DNA from: Gemmatimonadota bacterium
GTDB lineage: Bacteria > Gemmatimonadota > Gemmatimonadetes > Palauibacterales > Palauibacteraceae
Length of the DNA stretch: 64,000 bases
Reading direction: 5' to 3'
NCBI GenBank assembly: GCA_039588275.1
Contig: JBDHAC010000003.1
Span: 32,001 to 96,000 of the forward strand
In this document: piece by piece, positions 1 through 10,849 of the stretch
Layout of the letters: every line of letters begins with the position of its first letter
Numbering within the stretch: position 1 is the first letter of the stretch
Made by a program: the position numbers and the translations under genes
The notes under the pieces: generated by a model
Seen by the model: only the letters and a program-made list of their open reading frames with translations
The model's database searches: none
Told to the model about the DNA's origin: nothing

Positions 1-164
1 CAGCGGGTGAGGCCCTCCAAGCCGCGGCGGCCGAGGAAGGCGTCGTGCGTGTGGTGGCGGAGCCGCTGTTTCGCGACTACACGGTTCCGTTCGAGATCGC
101 GGGCCTGCTGCTGCTCGTCGCCATCGTGGGAACGATCCTGCTGGCGCGGAGGGAGACACCGTGA
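1..164 (+). CDS. nuoJ: NADH-quinone oxidoreductase subunit J, 3' part (truncated by window edge)
   Basis: Frame from position 3 reads ...[34 protein letters not shown], the typical NuoJ C-terminus; stop overlaps the nuoK GTG. Confidence 0.9.
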   Translation, partial: AGEALQAAAAEEGVVRVVAEPLFRDYTVPFEIAGLLLLVAIVGTILLARRETP

Positions 165-472
165 CCGGTCTGCCGCCGCTCGGTCCCGAAGCGCTCGTGC
201 TGAGCGCGATCCTGTTCGTGATCGGCGTGGGCGGGGTACTCCTGCGCCGGAACGCGATCATCGTGTTCATGTGCATCGAGCTGATGCTCACCGCAGTCAA
301 TCTGAGCCTCGTCACCTTCTCCAGGGTCCACGGCGTACAGGGGCAGCTGCTCGTCTTCTTCGTGATGGCAGTGGCGGCGGCCGAGGCCGCCGTCGGGCTC
401 GCGATCATCATCGCGATCTTCCGGCACTACGAGGTCGTGGATCTCGACCGCTTCCACCTCCTGAAATGGTGA
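161..472 (+). CDS. nuoK: NADH-quinone oxidoreductase subunit K
   Basis: 103 aa, three TM segments, RRNAII..MCIELML and [12 protein letters not shown] motifs. Confidence 0.97.
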   Translation: MTGLPPLGPEALVLSAILFVIGVGGVLLRRNAIIVFMCIELMLTAVNLSLVTFSRVHGVQGQLLVFFVMAVAAAEAAVGLAIIIAIFRHYEVVDLDRFHLLKW

Positions 473-479
473 TGGGAAC

Positions 480-2555
480 GTGATCGGCTGGGCGGCGGTG
501 TTGAACGGGATGCTCGTTCAGGAGCACGTCCAGGAGGGCGCGGCGGCCGCGTTCGAGCCTGTCCTGCCCGCTCTGATCCTCGCGCTCCCGCTGCTCGGGG
601 CGATCGTCAACGGAATCGGCGCTTTTCGGTGGCGGAAGAACGTGACGATTCCGAGCCTGGTCGGACCTCTCACGGTGCTCGCCGCGTTCGTCGTCGTGCT
701 GGTCAACTTCTTCGCGATGCGCGCGGCCGCCCCGCACGATCCGACGATCGCGCACCTGTGGACGTGGATGTCATCCGGCGACCTGCGGGTCGGCGTCGAC
801 CTGCAGTTCGACCAGCTGTCGCTCCTCATGTGTCTCGTCGTCACCGGCGTCGGCGGGATCATCCACGTCTACAGCGTCGGGTACATGCGCGACGATCCCG
901 GCTACTCGCGCTACTTCTCGTACCTGAACCTGTTCGTCTTCTTCATGCTCGTGCTCGTCATGGGCGCCAGCCTCCCCGTGATGTTCATCGGCTGGGAGGG
1001 CGTGGGTCTGTGCTCGTACCTGCTGATCGGGTTCTGGTACGAGAACCGGGAGTTCTCGAACGCCGGGAAGAAGGCGTTCATCGTCAACCGGATCGGGGAC
1101 GCGGGCTTCCTGGTCGCGATGTTCCTCTTGTTCGTGACCTTCGGCACGCTGGATTTGGTCCCCATCTTCGCCCAGGCGCCGGCGACGCTCGAGTACGGTG
1201 GGCTGCTGGTGACCGGGATCACGCTGCTCCTGTTCCTCGGGTGCGCCGGGAAGTCGGCCCAGATCCCGCTCTTCGTGTGGCTCCCCGACGCGATGGCGGG
1301 TCCGACGCCCGTCTCCGCGCTTATTCATGCGGCCACGATGGTGACCGCGGGCGTGTACCTCGTGGCCCGCGCCGGCGTGTTGTTCGCGCTCGCGCCGGTC
1401 TCGCAGGCCGTCGTGGCGGCGGTGGGCATCGGCACGGCGCTGTTCGCCGCGACGATCGCCATCCAGCAGTACGACATCAAGAAGGTGCTGGCGTACAGCA
1501 CCATCTCGCAGCTCGGGTACATGTTCCTCGCGGTCGGCGTCGGCGCCTTCACGGCGGGGATCTTCCACCTCATGACGCACGCCTTCTTCAAGGCGCTCCT
1601 CTTCCTCGGCGCGGGCGCGGTGATCCACTCGGTGCACCACGCGTGGGATCACGCGGATGTGCACGGCGACCCGAACGACATGCGCAACTACGGGGCGCTT
1701 CGCCGCTTCATGCCGATCACGTGGATCACCATGTGGATCGCGACGCTCGCGATCTCCGGCGTCTTCCCGTTCGCGGGCTTCTTCTCGAAGGACGAGATCA
1801 TCTGGTCTGCCGGCGCCTACGGGTACCCGATCCTGTGGGTCGTCGCGATCGCCACCGCGATCCTCACCGCCACATACATGACCCGGCTGATGGTCATGAC
1901 CTTTCATGGGCAAAACCGGACGTTCGGGAGCCCCGGCGAGGTCTCCGGGCACGATTTGAAGGGTCGCCACCTGCACGAGGCGCCGGCGGTCATGTGGGTA
2001 CCGCTCGTGATCCTGGCGGTCCTGTCGGTCGTGGGTGGCTGGGTCAACATCCCGGAGGCGCTTCCGCTCCCACACATCGAGGCACTGCACCACTGGCTCG
2101 AGCCGGTGTTCGAGCCGGCACGTGCGGTCGCGGCGGGGGTGGGGATCGAGGCCGCGCACGCGTCGCCGATCGGAGGAGGCGAGGCGATGTGGGCGGCCCT
2201 GTCGGTGCTCGCGGCGCTGGTCGCGATCGTCCTCACGCTACGGGCCCTGGCTCCTCGCGCCTACCGGCCGGCGGCGGAGTCTCCGGAGCCGGCCGGGTTC
2301 GCGCGGGTGCTGTATCGCAAGTGGTATGTGGATGAGCTCTACGACCGTCTCGTCGTTCGACCCCTGCTGGCGCTGTGGCGCGGTTGCTGGAAGATCGTCG
2401 ACGATCGTCTGATCGACGGTACCATAAACGGGCTGGGTAATGCGGCGCGCATGTTCGGATGGATGGGCGGGCAGCTTCAGAGCGGCCGCGTGACAACGTA
2501 TCTCGTCATTTTCATGCTGGGGACGCTACTCGTCCTCGGTGTCCTGGCGGGGTGA
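480..2555 (+). CDS. nuoL: NADH-quinone oxidoreductase subunit L
   Basis: GWEGVGLCSYLLIGFW, GKSAQIPLFVWLPDAMAGPTPVSALIHAATMVTAG, AYSTISQLGYM; exact start uncertain. Confidence 0.97.
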   Translation: MIGWAAVLNGMLVQEHVQEGAAAAFEPVLPALILALPLLGAIVNGIGAFRWRKNVTIPSLVGPLTVLAAFVVVLVNFFAMRAAAPHDPTIAHLWTWMSSGDLRVGVDLQFDQLSLLMCLVVTGVGGIIHVYSVGYMRDDPGYSRYFSYLNLFVFFMLVLVMGASLPVMFIGWEGVGLCSYLLIGFWYENREFSNAGKKAFIVNRIGDAGFLVAMFLLFVTFGTLDLVPIFAQAPATLEYGGLLVTGITLLLFLGCAGKSAQIPLFVWLPDAMAGPTPVSALIHAATMVTAGVYLVARAGVLFALAPVSQAVVAAVGIGTALFAATIAIQQYDIKKVLAYSTISQLGYMFLAVGVGAFTAGIFHLMTHAFFKALLFLGAGAVIHSVHHAWDHADVHGDPNDMRNYGALRRFMPITWITMWIATLAISGVFPFAGFFSKDEIIWSAGAYGYPILWVVAIATAILTATYMTRLMVMTFHGQNRTFGSPGEVSGHDLKGRHLHEAPAVMWVPLVILAVLSVVGGWVNIPEALPLPHIEALHHWLEPVFEPARAVAAGVGIEAAHASPIGGGEAMWAALSVLAALVAIVLTLRALAPRAYRPAAESPEPAGFARVLYRKWYVDELYDRLVVRPLLALWRGCWKIVDDRLIDGTINGLGNAARMFGWMGGQLQSGRVTTYLVIFMLGTLLVLGVLAG

Positions 2556-2559
2556 AGAC

Positions 2560-4218
2560 ATGAGCCTGTACGAGTCGCACTGGGCGCTCACGCTGCTGCT
2601 GCTGGTCCCGATGGTCGGGGCCGTGGCCTGCTTCCTCGGACCGGAGGCACGGGCAAAGGGAGTGGCGCTCGTAACCACGGTCGTGGCCTTCCTGCTATCG
2701 CTGCCCCTCTTCTGGAGCTTCGATACCGGGACGGCGGCGTTCCAGAACCACGTGTCTACCGCCTGGATCGAATCGTGGGGGATCCGCTACGCGGTGGGGG
2801 TGGACGGGATCTCGCTCCTGATGGTCCTGCTCACGACGTTCATCATGCCCATCTCGGTGGCGGGATCCTTCAGCTACATCAAGAAGCGCGAGCGCGCGTT
2901 CTACGGGATGATGCTGATCCTCATGACCGGCATGATCGGGACGTTCGTGGCGCTCGACCTGTTCTTGTTCTACGTGTTCTGGGAGCTGATGCTGATCCCG
3001 ATGTACTTCCTGATCGGGATCTGGGGCGGCGAACGGCGGATCTATTCGGCGGTCAAGTTCTTCCTGTATACGGCTGCCGGGTCGCTGCTCATGCTGGTTG
3101 CGATCGTGGTCCTCGTGTTCATGCACAACGAGGCGTTCGGCGTTCCCAGCTTCGGGTACGAGGACTTGCTCCGTCTGGAGATTCCCGGCACTCCGCAGCT
3201 GTGGCTGTTCGGGGCGTTCGGGTTGGCGTTCGCGGTCAAAGTGCCGATCTTCCCGCTCCACACCTGGCTCCCGGACGCCCACGTCGAGGCGCCGACCGCG
3301 GGGTCTGTGATCCTCGCCGGCATCCTCCTGAAGATGGGCATCTACGGCTTCCTTCGGTTCAGCGTGCCCCTCTTCCCGCTCGCCGCGACCGACCCGACGG
3401 TGTTGGGGGCGATGCTGACGCTGGGGCTGGTGGGTATCCTGTACGCGGCGTGGGTCGCCGCCGTACAGCCAGATGCGAAGAAGCTCATCGCGTACACGTC
3501 CGTCGCCCACCTCGGCTTCGTGGTGATCGGCGTCTTCGGCTTCACGGTGCAGGGTCTAGAGGGTGGAATCCTGCAGATGGTGAACCACGGCATCTCGACC
3601 GGCGCACTGTTCCTGCTCGTCGGCATGCTCTACGAGCGCCGGCACACGCGGCTGATCTCCGAGTTCGGCGGGATCGCGCGCCGCATGCCGTTCTTCGCGT
3701 TCACCCTCGTCGTGGTCGCTCTCAGCTCGATCGGCCTTCCCGGCACGAACGGCTTCGTCGGTGAGTTCCTGATCCTGGTCGGGACGTTCCGCACGCACCC
3801 GGTGCTCGTCGCCGTCGCCACGACGGGCGTGATCTTCGCGGCCTGCTACATGCTTCCGATGGTTCAGCGGGTCCTGTTCAACCCGCTGGACCGCGACGAG
3901 AACAAGGAGCTCACCGATCTGTCCCCGCGCGAGCGGGCCATCCTCGTGCCCATGCTGGCGCTGATCCTGCTGATCGGGGTCCTGCCGGGGCCGTTCCTGG
4001 ACCGGACCAGCGCATCGGTCGAGGCACTCCTGGAGCGCGTCGAGGCGCGAGGGCGACCGGTCGCGGCGGCCGTGGCGGTGCCGATCCGCCCGGAGATCTC
4101 GCTGCTGCCCGCTCCATCAGTCCCGTCCGAGGTGACCGGCGTTCGGGAGCCGGGGTTACCGGCCCGGCGCTCGCCTTCGAGGCGGGACCCGGCACGGCCG
4201 GGCCGGGAAGGGGAGTGA
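2560..4218 (+). CDS. nuoM: NADH-quinone oxidoreductase subunit M
   Basis: FYVFWELMLIPMY, KVPIFPLHTWLPDAHVEAPT, GLPGTNGFVGEF; ATG at 2560 chosen; Pro/Arg-rich C-terminal tail. Confidence 0.96.
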   Translation: MSLYESHWALTLLLLVPMVGAVACFLGPEARAKGVALVTTVVAFLLSLPLFWSFDTGTAAFQNHVSTAWIESWGIRYAVGVDGISLLMVLLTTFIMPISVAGSFSYIKKRERAFYGMMLILMTGMIGTFVALDLFLFYVFWELMLIPMYFLIGIWGGERRIYSAVKFFLYTAAGSLLMLVAIVVLVFMHNEAFGVPSFGYEDLLRLEIPGTPQLWLFGAFGLAFAVKVPIFPLHTWLPDAHVEAPTAGSVILAGILLKMGIYGFLRFSVPLFPLAATDPTVLGAMLTLGLVGILYAAWVAAVQPDAKKLIAYTSVAHLGFVVIGVFGFTVQGLEGGILQMVNHGISTGALFLLVGMLYERRHTRLISEFGGIARRMPFFAFTLVVVALSSIGLPGTNGFVGEFLILVGTFRTHPVLVAVATTGVIFAACYMLPMVQRVLFNPLDRDENKELTDLSPRERAILVPMLALILLIGVLPGPFLDRTSASVEALLERVEARGRPVAAAVAVPIRPEISLLPAPSVPSEVTGVREPGLPARRSPSRRDPARPGREGE

Positions 4219-4219
4219 G

Positions 4220-5800
4220 ATGAGCCCGCTCGACTTCTCGTCGCACGGCGACTACCTGATCGCTCTCCTCCCGGAGATGATCGTGGCGCTTACGGCCATG
4301 ATCATCCTCATGGTCGACGTGTCCCGCCGCGGCCACAGAGGAGGCCAGAGCGGCGCCTGGGTGGGGCACCTGACCGTGTTCGGGGTCGTCCTGGCGTTCG
4401 TGGCGAATGCCTGGCTGCTCGGCGCGACCGCCGCCGGCGACGGCGCCCTCGTGGCCGTCGACGCGTACCGGGTGGTGGCGAACTTCATCGTATTGGCGGC
4501 GACGCTACTGACCGCCGCTTACGCTCAGGATTACCTGGAGCGGGAGGGGCTTCGGGTCGGCGAGTTCTACGCGCTGCTACTCCTCGCTTCAGTCGGGATG
4601 ATGATCCTGGTCGCCGCGCGCGACCTGATCGTGCTGTTCATGGGTCTGGAGCTGATGTCGATCTCCGTGTACGTGCTGACAGGCTTCGCACGGCAGGATC
4701 CACGCTCCTCCGAGGCCGCGCTCAAGTATTTCATCGTCGGGGCCTTCGCGAGCGCCTTTCTGCTGTTCGGGATCGCATTGGTGTATGGTGCCGCGGGAAG
4801 CACGCACCTCGGTTCGGTTGCCGGTCAGATCGCGGAGGCGAGCGCGAGCGGCGATCTCATTCTGACCGCCGGGATCGGGCTCTTGCTCATCGGGTTCGGC
4901 TTCAAGATCGCCGCCGTGCCGTTCCATATGTGGACGCCCGACGCCTATCAAGGTGCCCCGACGCCAGTCACGGGCTACATGGCCACCGGAGTGAAGGCGG
5001 CCGCATTCGTGGCGCTGCTGCGACTGCTCACGGTCGACCTCGCGGCGGCTACCCAGATCTGGCAGACCGCCGTGTGGTGGCTGGCGTTTCTGACCATGAT
5101 CGTGCCCAACCTGGTCGCGTTGGCGCAGGACGACGTGAAGCGGATGCTGGCCTACTCCTCCGTGGCCCACGCCGGCTACCTGCTGATCGGGGTGATGGCG
5201 AGCTCGAGTTCGGGACGAGCCGCGGCCTTGTTCTACCTCGCGGCGTACACGCTCATGACGGTCGGGGCGTTCGCGATCGTCTATCACGTGGCGGGACGGG
5301 GTGACCGCAGATCCGGCCTCGCCGATTTCCGCGGCCTCGGCTGGCGGCGGCCGTGGATGGGTGTGGCACTGGTCGTCTTCCTCCTGTCGTTGGCGGGCTT
5401 CCCTCCGACGGCCGGGTTCATCGGCAAGCTGTTCCTGCTTCGGGCGGCCGTCGACGTGGGGCAAACGACGCTCGCGGTCACGCTCGTGCTCACCAGTCTG
5501 GTCGCCTACTACTACTACCTGCGGGTCGTGTGGAAGATGTACTTCGAGACGACCCCGTCCGAAGCTACCGCGATCCCGGGTCCAGGCGTGGGCTTCCGCC
5601 TCGCGACCGGGATATGCGCGATCGGTCTGTTGCTCTTCGGCCTGTTCCCTCAGATGGCGCTACGCGGGATGCGTCGGGCGGCCGAGGATCTGACGCCGTC
5701 CGCGATCGTTGCCAGTCCGGTCGAGGGCGCAGCCGGGACCACGGGCTCCCTCCCACCACGGGCCCTCGCCCCCGACCGCGCCGAGTCCACGGACCCCTGA
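4220..5800 (+). CDS. nuoN: NADH-quinone oxidoreductase subunit N
   Basis: EAALKYF, FKIAAVPFHMWTPDAYQGAPTP, KRMLAYSSVAHAGY, SLAGFPPTAGFIGK. Confidence 0.96.
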   Translation: MSPLDFSSHGDYLIALLPEMIVALTAMIILMVDVSRRGHRGGQSGAWVGHLTVFGVVLAFVANAWLLGATAAGDGALVAVDAYRVVANFIVLAATLLTAAYAQDYLEREGLRVGEFYALLLLASVGMMILVAARDLIVLFMGLELMSISVYVLTGFARQDPRSSEAALKYFIVGAFASAFLLFGIALVYGAAGSTHLGSVAGQIAEASASGDLILTAGIGLLLIGFGFKIAAVPFHMWTPDAYQGAPTPVTGYMATGVKAAAFVALLRLLTVDLAAATQIWQTAVWWLAFLTMIVPNLVALAQDDVKRMLAYSSVAHAGYLLIGVMASSSSGRAAALFYLAAYTLMTVGAFAIVYHVAGRGDRRSGLADFRGLGWRRPWMGVALVVFLLSLAGFPPTAGFIGKLFLLRAAVDVGQTTLAVTLVLTSLVAYYYYLRVVWKMYFETTPSEATAIPGPGVGFRLATGICAIGLLLFGLFPQMALRGMRRAAEDLTPSAIVASPVEGAAGTTGSLPPRALAPDRAESTDP

Positions 5801-5846
5801 CATCGCCGTCGCCCTTTCTCGGCGGTGGTCATCCCAGAGAGACGGA

Positions 5847-7223
5847 ATGGAAATACACGAAGGCATCTTCCGGGAATACGACATTCGCGGGATCGTGGGC
5901 GATGATCTGACGACGGAGGTCGCCGAGGCGGTCGCGCTCGCGTTCGGTAGCGATCTGGCGGACCGTGACGCCCCCCGAGTGGTGGTCGGACACGACAACC
6001 GGCCCAGCTCTCCGGAGCTGGGGGAGGCGGTGTGTCGCGGGTTGAACCGGGCAGGTGCCGATGCGATCCACGTCGGGACCGTCCCGACGCCGGCCCTGTA
6101 CTTCGCCGGCATCGAGCTGGCCGCCGACGCCGGGATCCAGATCACGGGCTCGCACAACCCTCCCGAGTACAACGGCATCAAGATGGTACGCGACAATCGT
6201 CCCATCTACGGCGAGCAGATCCAGGCGCTGCACCAGCGGATCGAGGCGAGCGACTACGCGAGCGGGAGCGGGGACACCGAGCGCCTCGATATCCTGGACC
6301 GATACGTGGAAGAGATCGTCGCACGCGGGAGCGTCGAGCCCGAGATCCGTATGGTCCTGGACTGCGGGAACGGGGCCGGTAGCGTCGTGGCGACACGGGC
6401 GCTCCGCGCGGCGGGCGTTGACGTGGACCCCCTGTACTGCGAGTCGGATGGCACGTTTCCGAATCACCACCCGGACCCCACCGTAGATGAGAACATCGTC
6501 GACCTCATAGCGCGCGTTCGATCGACGGAGGCGGCGTTCGGCGTCGGGCTGGACGGCGACGCGGACAGAATCGGCGCCGTCACCGAGGAGGGGAGTATCG
6601 TACGCGGTGACCACCTCCTGCTTCTGTTCGCGCGGGAGGTGCTGCAGGACCACCCCGGGTCCGAGGTGATCTTCGATGTGAAATGCTCGCAGGCGCTCCC
6701 CGAGGTGATCGAAAGGGATGGCGGCATCCCGGTCATGTGGAAGACCGGCCACTCCCTGATCAAAGAGCGGATGCGCGCAACAAATGCTCCCATAGCAGGC
6801 GAGATGAGCGGGCATATATGCTTTGGTGACAGGTACTTTGGTACGGACGATGCGATCTATGCTGCAGCTCGTCTGGCCGGCCTGCTGGCGCGCAGCGGCC
6901 GCCCGTTCTCAGAACTGGCGGGAGAGATCCCGTCCTATCCATCCACGCCCGAACTGCGACTGGACTGTTCAGAGGACCGGAAGTTCGACGTCGTCGCCGA
7001 CGCCGTGCGACACTATAAGAGCACACACGAAGTGATCGACATCGACGGGGTCCGCGTGCTGTTCGACGGGGGTTGGGCCCTGATTCGCGCGAGCAACACA
7101 CAGCCCGTGATCGTCGCCCGGATCGAGGCGGACTCCGATGAGCGACTACGGGAGATCGGGGCCGAGATCGGGGCCTACCTTGCCGAGCAGGGTGTGATAC
7201 TGCCGCCGCTCGAACCGAGCTGA
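5847..7223 (+). CDS. Phosphomannomutase/phosphoglucomutase (AlgC-like)
   Basis: IFREYDIRG, catalytic TGSHNP, metal loop DGDADR, GEMSGH, IRASNTQP; ATG at 5847. Confidence 0.95.
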   Translation: MEIHEGIFREYDIRGIVGDDLTTEVAEAVALAFGSDLADRDAPRVVVGHDNRPSSPELGEAVCRGLNRAGADAIHVGTVPTPALYFAGIELAADAGIQITGSHNPPEYNGIKMVRDNRPIYGEQIQALHQRIEASDYASGSGDTERLDILDRYVEEIVARGSVEPEIRMVLDCGNGAGSVVATRALRAAGVDVDPLYCESDGTFPNHHPDPTVDENIVDLIARVRSTEAAFGVGLDGDADRIGAVTEEGSIVRGDHLLLLFAREVLQDHPGSEVIFDVKCSQALPEVIERDGGIPVMWKTGHSLIKERMRATNAPIAGEMSGHICFGDRYFGTDDAIYAAARLAGLLARSGRPFSELAGEIPSYPSTPELRLDCSEDRKFDVVADAVRHYKSTHEVIDIDGVRVLFDGGWALIRASNTQPVIVARIEADSDERLREIGAEIGAYLAEQGVILPPLEPS

Positions 7224-7235
7224 CTGGAGCCGCCG

Positions 7236-8183
7236 ATGACGCCCTCGCAACGCCCGACTGCCGTCGTAGCGGTTGGCGGCAACGCTCTCTCGCCGGCAGG
7301 CGAATCCGACACGATCACCAATCAGTTTCGGCACACGCGCGAGAGCCTGGAGCCGATCGTGGAGTTCGTATGCCGCGGCTGGAACGTGGCCGTCGTGCAC
7401 GGGAATGGGCCACAGGTGGGCGATGCGCTGCTCCGAAACGAGAGCGCCCGCGATCGGGTGTCGGAGCTCCCCCTGGGCGTGCTGGTCGCTTCGACGGCCG
7501 GGTGGATCGGATACATGGTGCAGCAGTCCCTCCAGAACGCGCTCGAGGCCGCCGGAGCGGACCGGCGAGTCGTCACGGTGATCACCCAGGTGCTGGTCGA
7601 TACGAAGGATCCGGAGGGCCGGAAGCCACGCAAGTTTATCGGACGCGAGGTGAGTCCCGAGATGGCCGAAGCACTGCGCGAAGAAGGTGTGCGGGTGGAC
7701 CTGGACGACAGGGGACGGTTGCGCCGGCGCGTCGCCAGCCCGCAGCCCCTGCGGATCGTGGAGTCGCCGATGATCTCCGAGCTCGTCGAACAGGGGCACG
7801 TGGTCATCGCCGCCGGGGGAGGCGGCACCCCCGTGTACCGCGAGCCTCGCGGGTTCGAGGGGCTGGATGTCGTGATCGACAAGGATCTGGCCGCCTACAT
7901 CCTGGCGCACGAGATTCGCGCGTCGCTGCTCCTCATCCTGACCGACGTGGACGGCGTCTACACGGGTTACGGGACCCCCCGGGCAGAGCGCCTCCAGCGA
8001 CTCCGGCTCGCAGAAGCCAGGGAGCTGCTGGAAGGCGATGAGCTCGGGGCCGGATCGATGCGGCCGAAGGTGACGGCGGGGGTCCGATTCGTGGAACAGG
8101 GAGGAGAACGAGCCATCATCGCGGCGTTGGAAGACGCGCCGCAGGCGATTCAGGGCACGGCCGGAACGTGGATCGTCCCCTAG
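7236..8183 (+). CDS. arcC: Carbamate kinase
   Basis: VAVGGNAL, HGNGPQVG, RRRVASPQP, VIDKDLA, ILTDVDGVY, GSMRPKV. Confidence 0.95.
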   Translation: MTPSQRPTAVVAVGGNALSPAGESDTITNQFRHTRESLEPIVEFVCRGWNVAVVHGNGPQVGDALLRNESARDRVSELPLGVLVASTAGWIGYMVQQSLQNALEAAGADRRVVTVITQVLVDTKDPEGRKPRKFIGREVSPEMAEALREEGVRVDLDDRGRLRRRVASPQPLRIVESPMISELVEQGHVVIAAGGGGTPVYREPRGFEGLDVVIDKDLAAYILAHEIRASLLLILTDVDGVYTGYGTPRAERLQRLRLAEARELLEGDELGAGSMRPKVTAGVRFVEQGGERAIIAALEDAPQAIQGTAGTWIVP

Positions 8184-8280
8184 GGGCAGGCCGTGGAGAA
8201 ACTCCAGCGCGGTCGACCTGCCGCGAGGCCGCCCGACCACTCGAGTCCCGGAGAGGGTCGACAGACACGACGGTGAACGC

Positions 8281-9417
8281 ATGAACATACACGAATATCA
8301 AGCCAGGGAGATCTTCCGGAATCACGGGCTCCCGGTTCCACCCGGCGAGGTGGCGAGAAGCGCGGATGAGGCGGCCGAGATCGCGGAGCGTCTCGGGGGA
8401 GGCGTCGTTGTCAAAGCGCAGGTCCACGCAGGAGGGCGGGGCAAGGCCGGCGGTGTGAAGCTCGCAGCGAGCGCGGCGGAAGCCCGCGAGGTCGCCGACC
8501 GCATCCTGGGTATGGAGATCAAAGGGATAGAGGTCCGCGCGGTGCTCGTTGCCCCCGTCGAGGACATCGCCTCCGAGGCGTACGTCGGGATCGTGATGGA
8601 CCGGGGACGTCAGGCGGATGTCGTGATGGTTTCGGCGGAAGGTGGCGTGGACATCGAAGAGGTCGCCGCCACGATGCCCGAGGCGATTCACACCGCGACG
8701 GTGGACCCCCGCTACGGCCTCCTCCCGCACCAGTCGGTGCGGCTCGGCTACGACCTGTACGTCGATCCGGCGCTCGCACGGCAGGCCTCGCAGGTCATCG
8801 GTCGGCTGTACGCGGCCTATCGGGCCTCCGGAGCCACGCTCGCCGAGATCAACCCACTGATCGTCAACTCGTCGGGCGAGGTGAAGGCCATCGATGCCAA
8901 GATGAACATCGACGACAACGCGCTCTTTCGGCTACCGGACGTCGCCGAGCTGCGCGATGTAGACGCCGAGGATCCTGCCGAGCGTCGCGCGCGCGCGGCA
9001 GGCTTGAGCTACGTCAAGCTGGATGGCAACGTCGGTTGTTGCGTGAACGGGGCCGGCCTCGCGATGGCGACCATGGACCTCGTGAAGTACTACGGGGGGG
9101 ACCCGGCCAACTTCCTCGACATCGGAGGGTCGTCGAACCCCGAGAAGGTCGTGACGGCGCTGGAGCTGATCACGGAGGATCCGAGCGTCCACTCCATCCT
9201 GTTCAACATCTTCGGCGGGATCACCCGTTGCGACGACGTGGCGAACGGGATCGTCGAGGCTACGAAGCGGATGGACCTCGACGTGCCACTGACGATCCGA
9301 CTCACCGGCACGAACGAGGACGAGGCCGTCGAGATCTTGGAGGTGAACGGTTTCGAGGCGATGGTGGACATGGACCGGGCCGTCCAAACGGCCGTCGAGC
9401 GCGCCGGCGTGGCCTGA
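8281..9417 (+). CDS. sucC: Succinate--CoA ligase beta subunit
   Basis: MNIHEYQA, KAQVHAGGRGKAGGV, NGAGLAMATMD, NIFGGITRCD. Confidence 0.98.
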   Translation: MNIHEYQAREIFRNHGLPVPPGEVARSADEAAEIAERLGGGVVVKAQVHAGGRGKAGGVKLAASAAEAREVADRILGMEIKGIEVRAVLVAPVEDIASEAYVGIVMDRGRQADVVMVSAEGGVDIEEVAATMPEAIHTATVDPRYGLLPHQSVRLGYDLYVDPALARQASQVIGRLYAAYRASGATLAEINPLIVNSSGEVKAIDAKMNIDDNALFRLPDVAELRDVDAEDPAERRARAAGLSYVKLDGNVGCCVNGAGLAMATMDLVKYYGGDPANFLDIGGSSNPEKVVTALELITEDPSVHSILFNIFGGITRCDDVANGIVEATKRMDLDVPLTIRLTGTNEDEAVEILEVNGFEAMVDMDRAVQTAVERAGVA

Positions 9418-9475
9418 CCGCCCACCGGTCGCGCTCGAGTTGGGCCGGAAGGAAAGACACGGGGACTGACCAGCC

Positions 9476-10345
9476 ATGAGCATATTCATCGGAGAAGACA
9501 CCCGGCTCGTCGTACAGGGCATCACGGGCCGTGACGGGTCGTTTCACACACGTCAGATGATGGACTACGGTACGCGCGTCGTGGCCGGTGTGACGCCGGG
9601 CAAGGGCGGACAGCGCTTCGAGGAGAGCGTGCCGGTGTACAACACGGTGGCCGAGGCCGTGCAGGGGACCGGAGCGAACGCGAGCGTAATCTACGTGCCG
9701 GCCCGGTTCGCCGCGGACGCGATCTTCGAAGCGGCGGACGCGGGCATCTCGCTGATTGTGTGCATCACCGAAGGCGTCCCGGTCGCGGACATGATGCGCG
9801 CGCTTCCGTACGTTCGGGAGAAGGGGGCGCGTCTGATCGGACCCAATTGTCCGGGCCTCATCGTGCCCGGTGTAGCGAAGGTCGGGATCCTACCCGGGCA
9901 GATCGTTCGGGAGGGACCGATAGGGATCGTGAGTCGATCGGGAACACTCACATACGAGGTAATCTTCCAACTCACGCGGCAGGAGCTGGGCCAGTCGACC
10001 TGCATCGGGATCGGTGGAGACCCGCTGATCGGAACCGATTTCGTCGATTGCCTGACCGCGTTCGAGGAGGATGAGAAGACCACCGCGGCAGTCCTGATCG
10101 GCGAGATCGGCGGCACCGATGAGCAGGTGGCGGCCGAGTACGTGTCCCAGCACATGACCAAGCCCGTGGTCGGCTTCATAGCCGGGCAGACCGCGCCACC
10201 CGGACGGCGCATGGGACACGCGGGCGCCATCATCTCGGGCTCGGAGGGAACGGCGGACGAGAAGATGCGAGCGTTTCGAGAGCACGGAATCGACGTCGCC
10301 GAGCGACCAGCCGACATCGTAGGGCTGCTTCGCGAGCGACTATAG
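9476..10345 (+). CDS. sucD: Succinate--CoA ligase alpha subunit
   Basis: [38 protein letters not shown] (phospho-His). Confidence 0.98.
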   Translation: MSIFIGEDTRLVVQGITGRDGSFHTRQMMDYGTRVVAGVTPGKGGQRFEESVPVYNTVAEAVQGTGANASVIYVPARFAADAIFEAADAGISLIVCITEGVPVADMMRALPYVREKGARLIGPNCPGLIVPGVAKVGILPGQIVREGPIGIVSRSGTLTYEVIFQLTRQELGQSTCIGIGGDPLIGTDFVDCLTAFEEDEKTTAAVLIGEIGGTDEQVAAEYVSQHMTKPVVGFIAGQTAPPGRRMGHAGAIISGSEGTADEKMRAFREHGIDVAERPADIVGLLRERL

Positions 10346-10360
10346 TCAAGGACGGCGCGA

Positions 10361-10849
10361 ATGTCGGAGGAATCCGAGGGCTACATTAGCGTACACGACG
10401 TCATGACGACGCCGGTCATCACCGCTACGCCCGAGACGCCGCTGCTACGCGTCGCCGAGACGATGATGGAGCGACACGTACGGGCTGTCCCCGTGATCGA
10501 TGAGAGCGGTCATGTCCTCGGGATCGTTACGGACCGGAGCGTGATGAGCCAGTTCCTTCCGCGGCTGGAGACCGATGAGCGGACGGTCGGCGAGCTCGAC
10601 CTCGCCGGACCCCAGGGCGTCGCGGTGCGCGACGTCATGGACCGAAGCGTGATGTGCGTGAACGACGACCAGCCTCTAGCCGACGTCGCGACCCTGATGC
10701 TGGACAAGGAGATGGAACGGCTCCCGGTCGTGGCGGAAGGCCTGTTGGTAGGCTTCCTCACCCGCGGGGACATCATTCGAAGACTACTCGCTCGACTGAC
10801 TGGGGATGCGGTCGAGCGAACCGCTGCGGAAGAGGACGAGGGCGAATGA
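10361..10849 (+). CDS. CBS-domain pair protein
   Basis: Two CBS repeats (VHDVMT...VPVID..G.VLGIVTDRS; VRDVM...LPVV..G.LVGFLTRGDI). Confidence 0.9.
   Translation: MSEESEGYISVHDVMTTPVITATPETPLLRVAETMMERHVRAVPVIDESGHVLGIVTDRSVMSQFLPRLETDERTVGELDLAGPQGVAVRDVMDRSVMCVNDDQPLADVATLMLDKEMERLPVVAEGLLVGFLTRGDIIRRLLARLTGDAVERTAAEEDEGE

Noticed and set aside
4050..4218. Pro/Arg-rich C-terminal extension of NuoM (a similar tail is on NuoN) as a frameshift or pseudogene sign
   Set aside because: Core domains are complete and the next gene starts right after the stop; such tails are common in high-GC genomes.
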